Assembly (NCBI GenBank): GCA_029953675.1
Contig: JAMWBK010000002.1
Location: forward strand, 3,286,001-3,350,000
Direction: 5' to 3'
DNA from: Rhodosorus marinus CCMP1338
Lineage: Eukaryota > Plantae > Rhodophyta
DNA: 64,000 bases
Within the stretch, counting starts at the first letter, position 1; the number at the start of each line of letters is the position of its first letter. The position numbers were made by a program, and so were the translations under genes. Of this stretch, positions 23,316 to 35,861 are shown piece by piece. Below the pieces are notes generated by a model. That model searched no databases, had not been told where the DNA came from, and saw nothing but the letters and a program-made list of their open reading frames with translations.

Positions 23316-25095
23316 ATTCAAGTTATTTTCAAAAAGATCTAGCACCAAAACTTCCGCCGAGGAGCAACCTGACCGCTTCCGCCATCCCCATCTGTAAGAA
23401 TTGTCGTTTCGGATATTATAGTGCATATCTCCACGGCGGCATCAGGGCTGCTAAGCATATCAGTTGACGTGCTAGCTCATATTGTGGTTGCAATTGACTT
23501 GAGTAGACCTGGGACGGTTTGGCCGACGTAGGCGATTGAATTAGATGTAGTTATGGGTCGAGCGTGATTACGTCCCTGGGGGAATACTCAGATTCCGTCG
23601 GACTGGAATGTTCAGCGTTTCCTGCTGACCCCCCCGCCCCTGAATCCTCTTGCTTTTAGAGCACTGGGTAACGATATGAATCAGGAAGGATAAATGCTTC
23701 AAGGTTTTTGACTACGAACAAATAGGGAATAAGCAAAGGAGCTGTAGTACCTAAAGCAGAGCCCAACCAACCCGAAACATATATTCCGGGGGATACCAGA
23801 TTGTTCTTGCATGTTTCACTGAGGCTTCATTTCGAAGCCCTTTTTCTTACCGGTTGAGTAGGGACATGTTGTCAGCCTGCTATTAAAGAAACAGATTGAC
23901 AAGCGGGAGATATCATCGCGGGGACGCTATCTCTTGTTTCACTACCCTCGCGGTCTGGCGCCTTATGGGCCCGCAGTCCGTTCAATCCATTTCAATAAAA
24001 TGATTGACTATCATCAGTTGTACTCCCTGATTGGCGCTCCTTCATTTTTCTCAGTTTTTTCTTTGTTTTTCTCATTTTGCTCAGTTTCTTCTTGCGACTC
24101 CTTTCGTCCTGCGATTTTCGGAAAAAAGAACGCCGGCGATCGTTTAGGGGTAAGGCCGCCAACCTGCTTACTGGAACGCTCCATCAGTTTTGACAGCAAC
24201 ACTTTCGACTAGCGGTCCGAATGGCTCGTGACCCCTATTTGTATTGATTTCGATATCGAAAACCGATCTGCTGCAGCAGCTGACAAGCGCTGAAGCAGTA
24301 CTGTGATGACATCAATCCAAAACGGAGCCACTCGCCATTCATAATGTTCAAATTCGAAACATTCGACCTGCCGCTCTTATGTCGAAGCTGATGGAGCATT
24401 AGAGCACACTGTATGCAACAACTCCAATGTGTGTATGTAGAATACTGACCAAAATAGATTTTGCTGAGGATTCTCCTCGGAAATGGTCGTCCACCTTGAA
24501 TCTACAAGATAAGTTTGAAGGAGTAGACAATGCTGAGACTTTCACCCAAGGTCTCGATCCCGAACATCAGCAATGGGTTGGCATTGTGCACTATGTGGGT
24601 GAGATGGACAGGATGCTTACTCCAGAGACGCAAGTGCTAGTGACTTGTTCCTCAGGAGGCTTCTGGTCTCGTGACTTCTGGATTGGATGCCTGTCGGAAG
24701 GTGCTTCGCAACCTGTCAGAAGGTTCTTCCTGTGTTAGTCTAGAACCGGCGTCGACTGTCTTCATGCTAGTTGTCCTACCACTGCGTTTGAGGCCTTTTG
24801 CATGGCTTGCCCTCCTGGGCCACTGCCGCGCATGTATTTGTACTCAACATCTCCCGGATTTAGTTTCGGCGGTTGCGGTTTCCTGAGGCAAAAACATAGA
24901 TATCAAATAGTCAGTGCCATCCTAGCTTCGGATCAGAACACCATGACCCGCTCCGTATCACCCCCTCCAGTGTTTTCTGCTGAAGTGCTCTTTTCTTCTA
25001 TGAGAACCTAGCCTACCGGTCGCTTAAACTCGGGTTTGTTGAGATGAACCCCCTGAACAAGGACAGCCCCCTCAGCGCCAAGCCTGTGACGACAA

Positions 25096-25701
25096 CTATC
25101 GGGTTCCCACGGAGCATGAATACGCGAATAAGCAATACTGAGATCGAGCGGGTTTAACCCATGGTTGAATTCTGATCCCAAGATTCCCTCCTTGATCTAT
25201 CTGATAATATACACTGATTCCACTGCCTTCCCCGGCCTTCAGCAACGCTGCTCTCCGCGAGGTATATGTACCGACACATCCACCTGTGTCGAGACGGGGA
25301 GCTCGGAGGTATCCTGAGAGAGTGGATTTGCTTAGAAGTGACGGTAGACGGAAATCTTTCATGTCTAGAACCGATATCAAGTACGGTTGTGGCGGATAGT
25401 TGCGCGCGAAGCTTAAGGATCGGGCGGGTTCTTCTATGGACAAATGGTCTCGCTTGTGTTTGGTCGTTGGTTCCTGAACGCCATGGTCTAGGTTTGAGGT
25501 CGGCGTTCGCACAGTACGAGGAAAGAAGGGGTCCATGAACGGCAAATTGTGATGTTGTTGTATTCGTGAGCTGGGCGCGTTCGCATTTGGACGGCGCATT
25601 TTTGTGTTTGAACGGGCGCGAGTTCCCCGATTATTTGCGTGAAGCGTGATGAAGGGCCATTCCGGTAGGTGCGGGCTATGGTCTAATAAGTTTTGCTTCA
25701 A
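25096..25701 (-). mobile_element. Degenerate LTR retrotransposon (Ty3/Gypsy-like) integrase fragment
   Basis: The translation LKQNL...PEWPFITLHANN...PFFPRTVRTP...RDHL follows the layout after the integrase core. It is weak and eroded. Confidence 0.4.
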
Positions 25702-26828
25702 GTTCTACGTGATCAATATGCACAGTTCGGTATCTCCTGAGCTTGTTTTTTCAATGCAAGATAAATCGGGTCGTCAATTCTTCATGTGCTAGATTGCTAG
25801 AGTTATGTCTGGCACCTTCCTATTCCCAAATTGGGAAAGATGCCCTGGTTTAAAACTCTTACAATGCTTTGCTTTGGTCTATCGCACCCTGTTGGAACTG
25901 TTCACAGAGTCTAATTAAGAGATCGTTTCGTATTTCGAATCCTGCAGTGGACCTGACTTGAGGGAACTACCGCTGATCGGTCGCCGCTTCTTCAGCGCGA
26001 AACCCGGAGAATTTTTTCGCTTGCTCAATTTCAAGTAGCGTCAAGAGCCGATCTTAGCGGGCCGCGCAAGGTCTCGGAACGAGGATTTCCTGGGGATGAC
26101 ATAGCAGTGACGTGAATCGGGGCATAGAGGATTCTGAAGTCGTGTCCACTATCACCTGCAGGGATTCACACCGAGGAATATTTGTGCTACGTGAAAGTAC
26201 CCGAGAAGCCAGTGCTATCATCGTCTGGAAACGGAGCACGATCGCGCGCGTGCTTAACTTCGCAGAAGCCTAGGATCCAGTGGTCCGGTGGACCTGCCTC
26301 TCCAAAAGGCACTGAAACCCAGCCCAGTCTATATATATTTAAAAAACCATAATTTATAACAAATTGAGTACTTCCACGCGTCGTTAAACCCCAATAATTG
26401 CCCATGTGAAATCTCTTCAGGCTCTTCATTGGCTTGTAATGATTTTGCTGAATTTCGAGGGTTTTATTGTCTGGATCTCAATATCTCGTCCAATGCCTTT
26501 AAACTTTAAACAAATTATACAAAGTTTCCAAAACCCGACATAAAACGCAAATGTGGACATGACGGTTGACAATCTATCTCTCGGGCGTTATCGATTTCTG
26601 AAATTTGGCCCAATAAAAGTAAAGTATTTTCTTTGTTTGATGGGTATCAATGGGCGTGGTGGGGGGTTTCCAATCGGATTGGTGTCGACGACAGTACGAT
26701 GGGTTTAGAAGACAAGAGTCGATCGGGTAAGCCGATCGGGTATGTGGGAGAGCAAGTATTGGGAAGGGGAAGGCCTGCCTTGTTGGAAGTTGGTTTTTGT
26801 CTGGATAGCTAATAAATTTTAGCAGGAG

Positions 26829-28194
26829 ATGGGGAGCAGACGACGTGCTCATGCACGATGTTCTATTGCAGGAACATGTCCTGCGAGACCTATGAGAGGG
26901 AATGATCAGCTGGCGATGGTTCACCCCAGCAATCCATTAGATGGTATGCCACAGGTTTGACATTTTAGAAGGAGTAGTCGCTGCTTTGTTTTTATTAGGG
27001 AACCCTACCAGTGAGTACGTTGCTCGCCGATTGTGTTGGATCCGCTCTAACCGTTTGAGTTTGTATTTGTAACGCTAGGGTTGATTCGACTGTTCACTGG
27101 CGGCGATAGGATAACAGTTGCTAGCGCTGGCGGTTCTAGTGACGATCTTTCGCCAGGCGAAAGTTTTAGAAGTATGCTATGCAACGCATCCGACTGTGCG
27201 CACGACTTTGAGCTTCCGTGTTTTTGTATCTGAGCTTTTTTCCCCATTGTCGTCCCTCAGTTGGCCTCATTTCAGGAGCAATTGCTGGAACCGTTGTCGA
27301 CTTGGTGCTGTTTCCTCTGGATACCCTTAAGACTAGGCTGCAGTCAGGGACTGCAGCCAAAGATGCTATGCAGCTACTGAATGGAATATACACGGGCCTA
27401 CTTCCAGCAGTTCTAGCTTCTGCCCCAGCGGGGGCGGCTTTCTTTGGTACTTATGATTACCTGAAACGTGTGTTCAAGCAACTAGATCCGGCAGAGAAGC
27501 TTGCAACTTTCCATCACATGGTCGCTGCTGCCGGGGGAGATATCGCTGGTAGTGCCGTCCGCGTTCCGTTCGAGGTAAGCGTGAACATGCCCGAAGAAAC
27601 CTAGTGGTTTAGCACGCACGAAACTCTTCGATCGGAGAGCGGAGGGATCAGAGGCCTTTCGTCTCTGAATCCGATTCTTTCTTGTTTCCCTGTGCCAAGG
27701 TCGTTAAGCAGCGACTCCAAGCTGGAGCGTATACTTCCGCCTCGCAAGCCGTAAGGTCGATTGTTGCGAGCGAAGGAGTCAGGGGCTTGTACACTGGTTT
27801 TGGGTCCTTGGTGATCAGGGAAATGCCGTTTGACCTCATCGAGTTTCCCCTCTACGAGTATTTGAAAGTCGTTTGGGCTCGCAACAACGGAGACAAGCCG
27901 CTTGCAACCTGGCAGACTGCTCTCTGCGGCTCTGCTGCCGGTGGCTTTGCTGCCGGCGTAACAACGCCTTTTGATGTTGTAAAGACTAGACTCATGCTCC
28001 AGGGGCAAGCCGGAAAATACTCGGGAGTTTTGGATGCGCTGAAGAAGATTTCTGCTGAGGAGGGTGTTCACGCTCTAGCCAGTGGGATTGTCCCAAGGGT
28101 TTTGTGGATATCACTCGGGGGTTTCATCTTCTTTGGCGGATATGAAGCTTCGAAGCAGGTACTCGCCACTAGGATAAAAAAACAGCGGACGTAG
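26829..28194 (+). CDS. Mitochondrial carrier family protein, S-adenosylmethionine carrier-like (PET8/SLC25A26/SAMC); 5 exons
   Basis: Three carrier motifs: FPLDTLKTRLQ, VPFEVVKQRLQ and TPFDVVKTRLM. Also GAIAGTVVD and REMPFDLIEFPLYE. Introns at 26944-26998, 27011-27078, 27172-27260 and 27575-27699. The start is uncertain. Confidence 0.85.
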
Positions 28195-28367
28195 CGGACA
28201 GTGAAAAGGGATCTGAAAATTGGTGTCTGTACTGTTTTGCAAGGAATCTCATATATAAACTTATTTGTTTGTTGGCTTTTCAAAATCGTTTGTTCCAAGT
28301 TAACGTATGTTAGTTATGTTGATTGTGGAAGACTCTTGGCGCGGTCCACCTGTAGCAGGGCGGGAAC

Positions 28368-29888
28368 CTAGCTTTTTCGCGATATTGTATGAGCGGGTTC
28401 AGGTGCCTCTTTTCCGAGCTCGGCCTTTGCCTGTTCCACAAGTTCCATCGCCTTTTGCACCAGATCCAGCGGCCATTCCTCCCGCGAATCTTTTCTCAGG
28501 TGCTTGTTGAATTCGACTAATCTTTCTATCCGTTCCAGCTGCTGGCCTATTTCACCCCGAAGCGTCCTAACCTGCCGCACCAGAGAATCCTCGTAATCAC
28601 GTTTCTTCTGAAGCGACCTCATGGCGCTCTCTCGATTTCTCAGCTTACGACGTTGTCGTCTCTCAGCTTCCGTGAGTAGTTCTAGTTCTTTCTGATCGCC
28701 GTGCTCGACCTTATCAAGTTCGGCAGATGGTTTCTTCTCCTGTTCCCCCGGTGTTTTCCCCTGTTCATCTCCTACGCTACTTGACTGCTGCTCTCGTGCA
28801 CGTTTTCGTTCCTACAGCAGAAACAAGAACATTGATGAGCGGTTTGCCGAGCGGACGAGAGACGAGGATAGAGCTTGCGCGAGATCAAATTTTCACGGCA
28901 AATGGAAGGGTTTCCCAAAGTGATTGATATATACAAAACTACTCACCTGCTTCTTTCTCAATCTCTCAGTGTTTCTCCTTTGCCTCATGAGCTTTCCCTC
29001 ATCCTCCGGCTGTAATGGAGTTCCTTCTTCAGTCTTTTGAACGGAGGACACGCGGCTATCAGCTGGAACCTTTGGTGGTGACTGGGAATCTGCCACACGG
29101 GCTCTCCGTTTCGGTGGGTTGCTCCCGACCGGGGGAGTTCCTGCGACGGCTACTTCGGCTGTATCTGTTGCGGGCTTTCGTGTGCTGCCTTCGTGGCTCG
29201 CTCTAGCTCCAGTAGAGCGACCAAGGTATGTTCCGAGGGACGATGAAACTGCTCTGGGCAGGTCCGCCTTCGTAACGGTTTCCCTTGTGCTTTCCCCAAG
29301 ATTACCCTGAAATAGAGTTTGCGCCAGCGGTTGCCCCGTTACGAAGCTCCTTGGCAAAGCCTGAAAGTGTTGTGAGCTCCTTTGAATTCCAAACCCTCTG
29401 GACATGCTGTTTACATCCTGGGGAATCCTTTGCACAGTTTGCTTCCGAACCGCCGGAAGAGAGGCCTGGCTCGGATTTCGTCGATCGCCGCGAGCTCCTC
29501 CCACGGATTGAGCAGCTTTCGTTTCTACTGCAAAAGGTACATGGATACAAGTCATGGTCATTGTTTCTTGTGCAACTACTACATAGGAAGGGGACCCCTT
29601 TCTCAGAGGAGAAAGAAGCTTACCAGCGGAGCCACCGGGTGGTCGATACTGAGACAGCCCCGAATTCAACGGAGTCAGGCTTGGTGGGCCAGATAAATAC
29701 CCCCTCCTGCCGTCCAGGAACGGCCTTCCCCAAATACCTACGTTGCTCGTTGACTGAAGAGAGCCTTCTCCTGGTAGAGGCACTGGCGGGAGATTAGGCA
29801 GCTGACTATCAAGTTGCTCAGAAGCTCCCTCCGACTTGAGGGTCAGAGAGAACTTCTGCATGAGAGCCATATGCCTAGGTTCTGGCAT
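28368..29888 (-). CDS. bZIP transcription factor; 2 exons
   Basis: The second exon encodes a basic region RRQRRKLRNRESAMRSLQKKRDY followed by a heptad zipper. The intron is about 28818-28946 (GTGAGT...CTGTAG). Confidence 0.85.
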
Positions 29889-30976
29889 TTTTACCTAAAG
29901 CCAAAAGAGGCAACCGACCCCCTAACCCAAAAATAAACCAACCCGGCCCACTTCCCCCCCCAAAATGTTACTCAACACATCCCAAATACAACCCCTATTC
30001 CCAAACCCGCACACAAGAGTAAACCAAAAACTACCAAAGAACTACGCAGGTCAACACACTTCTACTAATACATCCTTCCTAAGTGCACAAGTTATCCTCC
30101 CGCCCACATAACCAAGGAAGTACCGATAGACAGCTCACAAACGTATAAACGAACTCTGCATCCCCCCCACCCCATCCACCACCAAAGCTTTTCCCAATGA
30201 ACTTCCTCACTCCATCCTCAACCCGACAACAAACACCTTTCCACCGCGCTCAAACGTCTCCTTCACCTCAGCCTATTGATTTTTATTCCGAATGGGTATA
30301 CTTCAATCTACTCAAAATTCAAATCAAATTACAGATGCTTAGGGCTTCTTGCCACGCCTCGTCAACAGAGCTCCTCTTCTCAAGCACAACTCCAAAACGC
30401 TCGCCACCAAACTCTCTCTTCCACAGCAAAACCCCCCCCGCAAGGCACAAAACCTATCAACCTAATCAAAAACAATCATTAACCCTCCCCCATTCCCCCC
30501 CCCCCCAAAATCCACCAACCCTGAACCACTGAAAAAAGACTGGTTAGTGGAGAATTCAACTTTTCCTCCCGTTTCCTAATTTTACAAACCCCACGTCTTG
30601 AAAATTCGACGAGAAAGAGTGTTCAGGGTTGTTCGTAATAATTTCGTTTTTTTTGAAGTGTTGTCCCACTTTGTCCCAAAAATCATCTAGTACAGATATT
30701 TGTATTAGTACGGATTTACGATTGAATAAGAGAATAAAAATATTCATATTTGGCTTCTTGCTATTTTGTACTTTTCTTTGGTTTTTTTTTTTTACGACTA
30801 ACCTTGTTTTTGGATGATTTTGTGGTGGGTTTTTTGGTTTTTCTATTGCCGAAAAAGATGGTTTTTTAGCCCGTGGTTGGTTTTTTTTTTCTCTCAGACT
30901 ATGGGATTGATTGATAAGGCTGAAGGTGCTAGGATCGTGTCATGTTCTAAATGTTGAGGCATCGTTGGCCGATGCG

Positions 30977-30995
30977 CCCCTCCCCACCCCCCTCC
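30977..30995 (-). promoter_or_regulatory. Canonical G-quadruplex-forming motif GGGAGGGGGTGGGGAGGGG
   Basis: The plus strand reads CCCCTCCCCACCCCCTCCC: four tracts of 3 or more with single-nucleotide loops. Confidence 0.6.
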
Positions 30996-31504
30996 CTCCT
31001 CAACGTGAAACTGTTTGCGCGGGATTTCAGGTTGTTATGCGCGGCTGGCTTGTGATAGATGTTCTGTGGTTTTGAAGCAGTTCTCTGCTGGCTATTGCTT
31101 CTCCGCTATTGTGTGTGAGGTATCTTGTGCCATGCCTAAATTCTCCGATAGTGATGAATTTTCTGATACGGATTCAAGGACCCTCCTGCGCATTCTGTTG
31201 TTTTCCGAGTCAGGATGGTCGGACCTAGCAATCTCTAGCGTGTTTGCTGGGCAAGGTCTCTGAAAGTTGATTTACATAATTTACGGCTGTCTCTATTATC
31301 TGCCTTCTTGTCTACTTAAACACACTGGTCGGGTACTATTCTAGAGCTCACTCTCTCACATATCGAACGAATGCATCTTTGGTTGCGAACAGAAATTGTC
31401 GCGAAGCACAGGGATCATAGTCTGTGACAGGGTCTCTCACACCTTCCGCCCGATTTACGTGCTTCCGGGTAGTTAAGTGCTTTGCCGACTATTTAATCAA
31501 ACTC

Positions 31505-32397
31505 TCAGCTCACCAATGCTTGAGTCCTAGCTGAGCCGTTTTCCTCGTACTTGTTCACATCGAACACAAAAGTGCCTCCCAGAATGGTTGGAATCGCTTG
31601 CTTGTCAACCTCGAGGAAAAGCTTTTCAGTTTTCCGGAGGAACAGGATTTTCCGAATGGAATTTTCATCGAGCCATAGTTTGATTGCTGGCCAGGCAGCC
31701 GTGAAGAAATACGGGGGGTTGAAAACTATTAGTCTGTACACACGCTCTGGGTAAACGTACATCAAAACATGAAGCATCTGCTTGATAACTCCGTAGTCCA
31801 TGCTAAGAAGCGAGAACCTGGTGAGGTCAAATACAAGAACGACCTGCATGGACATAGAACAACAGGTTAAGCGGCAATGCGAAAACATGCACGACGTAGA
31901 AGTCTTCGGTGAGGGGTTACCTGCTCCTGCCCACGTTTTTGAGCTTCAAGCACCACTTCATCCATTACGAAGATGATAAACTTCACGATTACGATAACAT
32001 CGTCTTCATTCTTTCTGAATTTATCGGTATCCACGTAGATTACAGGATGTCCAGCGTCATCAAACCCAGTCATATATGCGAGGCTCTTTTGCACGATTTT
32101 CTTCACGTCCTCATACGCCACTGGGGAATACTCAACCCTCTCCTTCTCAGAACTTTCCAAGAGTATCAGAGCCTTCGTCGTATTCAACCCTCTAGCTCGC
32201 AACAGTCTCAAGCAATCGTTCCTAGACTGTGGCGGAATTAATGCCCTCCTTCCTGTCAGTTCCTCAACCATAGGCTCAAATTCCTTCAGAGCCTCTTCTT
32301 CAGCTGGTGTAACCACAAAGAAATCTTTCGGAAGCTTGCCTCTTCCATTGTTCAATTCTGCGCTGGTCGTTGACGTCGTCTTCTTAAAGGCCCTCAT
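31505..32397 (-). CDS. CRAL-TRIO (Sec14-like) lipid-binding protein; at least 2 exons
   Basis: Motifs CLRLLRARG, GFDDAGHPVIYV, VVLVFDLTRFS, YPERVYRLIVFNPPYFF..AW..IK.WLD and IPTILGG. A further 5' exon near 32500-32580 is possible. Confidence 0.88.
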
Positions 32398-32465
32398 CAA
32401 CCCGAAACAAAAATCAGAATAAAAATAAAATATCTCCACCCCACCCTCCCATAAAAACCTCTAAG

Positions 32466-32490
32466 CTCCTCCTCCTCCTCCTCCTCCTCC
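32466..32490. repeat. (CTC)8 microsatellite
   Basis: Read directly from the sequence. Confidence 0.9.
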
Positions 32491-33860
32491 TCTCCTTACC
32501 ACACTGTCCACTCCTCACCTTTCAATCCATTAACCTTGCGAGTACGATATCCACATATAGACGTCCATAGATACATAACAACATTCCCACACTGGATCCC
32601 CTTTTCAGTCTGGCGCTCGCCGACCCTCAAGACCGCCCTTCTCCATAGACCTTGCCTTGCTTAAAAGCCTTTTTGGTTGGTGCTCCAGCTCTTTCCGACT
32701 GAAGTTCTTAAGAAATGCTTATTCTCTGTAGTAGCCGCCAGGTTTTTCCATCTGATGACCGATTTGGATGACAAGCTTAATATGCCAGCTTTCTTTTTCT
32801 GCGTTGTTGCGTGCAGTAGTGAGCTGTGGAGGACGAAGAGCGAGCAGTTCTGGGACATGTGCGCTGCCTTGAGATCTTGCTATCGGACGCATCATTTGCT
32901 TCATTTGAAAACTCACAGCCGTTGCTGGGTGTGAGCGGATTTTGCTTGTGTTGGATGAAAAAGGTTGGTATGTACTCTGCTCAAGGTCTCTAGGCTCTCT
33001 ATAAAGCTCCCTGTCTTAGTTCATTGATCCTCAGCCTGTGACAATCGATCTGAAACAAGGTGCTGTACTCCAAACAGTCAAAATTCAGTAAACCTGGATT
33101 GAGTGGTTTGGGCGAGATATTTCAGATATTTCAGATATTTTAGGTGTTTTTTTTTTTAACTTAATGTACGTTGGATTGTAAACAGAGTGGAGCGTGGAGC
33201 ACGATGAGTGGGATCATAGTAGTTGGTCTCTGATGAACAGACTTTCCTCGTCTTGAGTGGGATTGGTTAGCAGTGAGTAAAAGATTCAGAGGAGTCTCCA
33301 GGTAGATTATTGGATAGCGCACTGAGCGAGCAGATCGCCTTGCGATTCTCCGTAGAGTAGCTGGTCTCTGTGAGTAAAACGGGGGGAGCAGGTTAGTTTT
33401 CAGGGATCATAGTTTTGAAAAGTTCGTTGATGGCAATCGTTGTCAGCAGTAGACCTGGGGAGACTCGGGAGGCTGTTCTGGTATAGGGTGTTTGTAAGTT
33501 ATCTGTGAAGACGACTCCTGCATTAGTGTGAGGGCCAGCCTTTCAAGAATTTCGAAAGAGAAAATCGATGGGAACTGCATGTGCTGAACCTATACTTGAT
33601 AACCACCAACTAGACCGAAATCCGAATTCGAGAGTACTTAGTGCGTTATGTTTCACATGTTCTTCATTCCCCACGCGTGCGTTGTGCGATCCTAATGAGC
33701 TGCTGTAGAGTTCGGTGATCCCTTTTTTACTAGGACATTGGAGGTGGTGAACTGCCGTCGAAGCTTATGCAGATGGGGTAGACTTCTCATTACCCCACCT
33801 CATAAAGACTCATTTGCTTGACATGGTAAGCATTGCAAACACCCAAAGCTCGCAAACTTT

Positions 33861-35861
33861 TTAGCTCTGTTTGCGGCTGTACTTTTTCCTCAGGTCAATG
33901 GCGTCGCGTAGCGCAAGGTCCACGTCCAAACGCTGGGACATTAAATTAACAAACTTGAGAAGCCGATCGAAAGTGTTACAGCCTGACAGTACCTGATCCC
34001 GGTGTCGTACGAGTAGTCCGAGAGCAACGTACAAATGAAGGTCCATTTCCCAGTCAAGCCAGATGACCTCCCAAAGTCGAGCAACGTCTGGAAACTCTAG
34101 CTCCCTCTTGAAATGTACCAGCGTCCACCTGTACAAACTGTAGTAGCTGGGGTCCACGACCTCGAAGAGTTCTGCTACTTCTGGATCCGCCTTACACGTC
34201 AGCGATTTCAGGTCCTCTAGCTGTTTGGATATTCCCCCCCCTGAGTGTAAGAAATTTTGAGACCATTGCCTAGACATAATCTCTGCGAAGCAAAAGTAGG
34301 TCATGCTCTGATGATCTTCCCTGAATGCCCACAGGAGGGGCGAGATAAGATCGCTCATGCCCTACACAGAAAAGATCTACTCGCTGAGAGGTGTATTGAA
34401 AGCGACAAAATCGGAAGGCCGGTATGACAAAGGTTTTGGTTTTACCTGACAGTAACCGATTGCTGGATTCTCAACTGCGTAGACATACAACAGCTCCTCC
34501 ATTCGCGCTAGAAGAGGTGCATCATCTTCCTGGAAAGCCTTGACGTCCCTGTCTGTTCTGTTTACATCCTTCTGGATCTGCTCAATCGGATCATACGCGA
34601 CCCTATCGTTCTCGCTTGCTTTGGAGTTGCGTGCATGTTTGTGATCCCTGCGCTGTTGCGCAGCTGATTTTAGATTTTCGTACTGCTCGACCATCTTCGC
34701 AGCTTTGGTTTCTCTTTCTTTCCTAGTGGAGTCCCACTCGTAAACTCCTGCAAGGAAAGGCTATCAGATTGGCCCCATTCAAGGGTGTTAGAGATGTACG
34801 TTCTCGGCTAGGCGGGACCAGCCAACACAATAGATAGTAGCGGTGCAGATGCTTACCCATACTGTCCTCCTAAGGTCTGGTGCCAATCCGCCAGCACCAA
34901 TGGCTATCTTAAACACTTCGCAGTCAGAGATCTTGCCCTCTTCATCCATGCTCGTTTCGAGGACAGCTGCGTCCACAGGGACTCCTCTGAGGTACTTCGC
35001 TATATGGAAGACGGGTGTGAGATGATCAGGAAACGGCGACATGTCTTCGTCTTGGGTAAACTCTAGATCCAGATCATTTAGGTCCTCTTTCCCAGTAGTC
35101 CGCTCTGTTGTGCTGGAGGTTTGGCCAAATCCGATCTCCGTAAGGAACGGTTGATTGTACTCCTTCCACCACTTCAGTGCTTTAGGGACACGTGCAAAAG
35201 TCTTTGAAAGACTCGGTGCGGGGCTCGATTCTGAAGAAGAAGGCAACTGTTCCAAAATCGAGCCCCGCAAGCTGTGGACTAGTGATGTGCTTGGGGGTTC
35301 AAGTGACGCATCGTTGCTTTCGAATATTCTCCGCGAAATCGATTTGCTTGGAACATATAGACCAGGGCCTTCAGGGTCCAGTATCTCCCGCTGCACGAGC
35401 GCATTCAACATTCCCTTACCTTCCGTGGTCATCAGCTTTAGAAGGAGTGCTCCGCCATGTGCCCAGAAGGATATGCAGGAGTTTCGTCGTCGGACGGCCA
35501 AGACGTCCGAGAAATGCAACGTGACTTCATCACCATCCACGGCGTCCTCGCTATGGGATCCATAAAAACGCAAGACTACATTCCTCTTTCGCTGGTTGTC
35601 ATCCAGCCCCTCTGGTGTCCTGGGCACGGACGGGCTACTTTCGGTGGGTTCCTCCTCGATGACACTAATTCTCCCTCTATCGCTTCCAATCTCACCTTCG
35701 AACCTCGCAATCAGTCCAGTTCGCTTAACAGTCGGTAGTCGCAGGTCAGAGTCCAATTCATCCATTCGACTAAGATTGAGAGGTCGCAGCCGACTCAAAC
35801 ATCGGGCCAACTGTAGTTCAGATTCGGCTCTGAACGGGCTACTCAAAGATATCCCCTCCAC
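33861..35861 (-). CDS. TBC-domain Rab GTPase-activating protein (TBC1D15/17, Gyp7-like); at least 3 exons; 5' end unresolved
   Basis: Motifs LRRTVWPFLAGVYEWDST, IQKDVNRTDR, GYCQGMSDL, LYRWTLVHFKREL and RLWEVIW, joined by GT-AG introns. A tiny first exon with ATG near 35956 is possible. Confidence 0.88.

Noticed and set aside
24303-24390. Possible C/D-box snoRNA (GTGATGA…CTGA)
   Set aside because: There is no terminal stem and no recognisable rRNA-complementary guide. Such boxes occur by chance.
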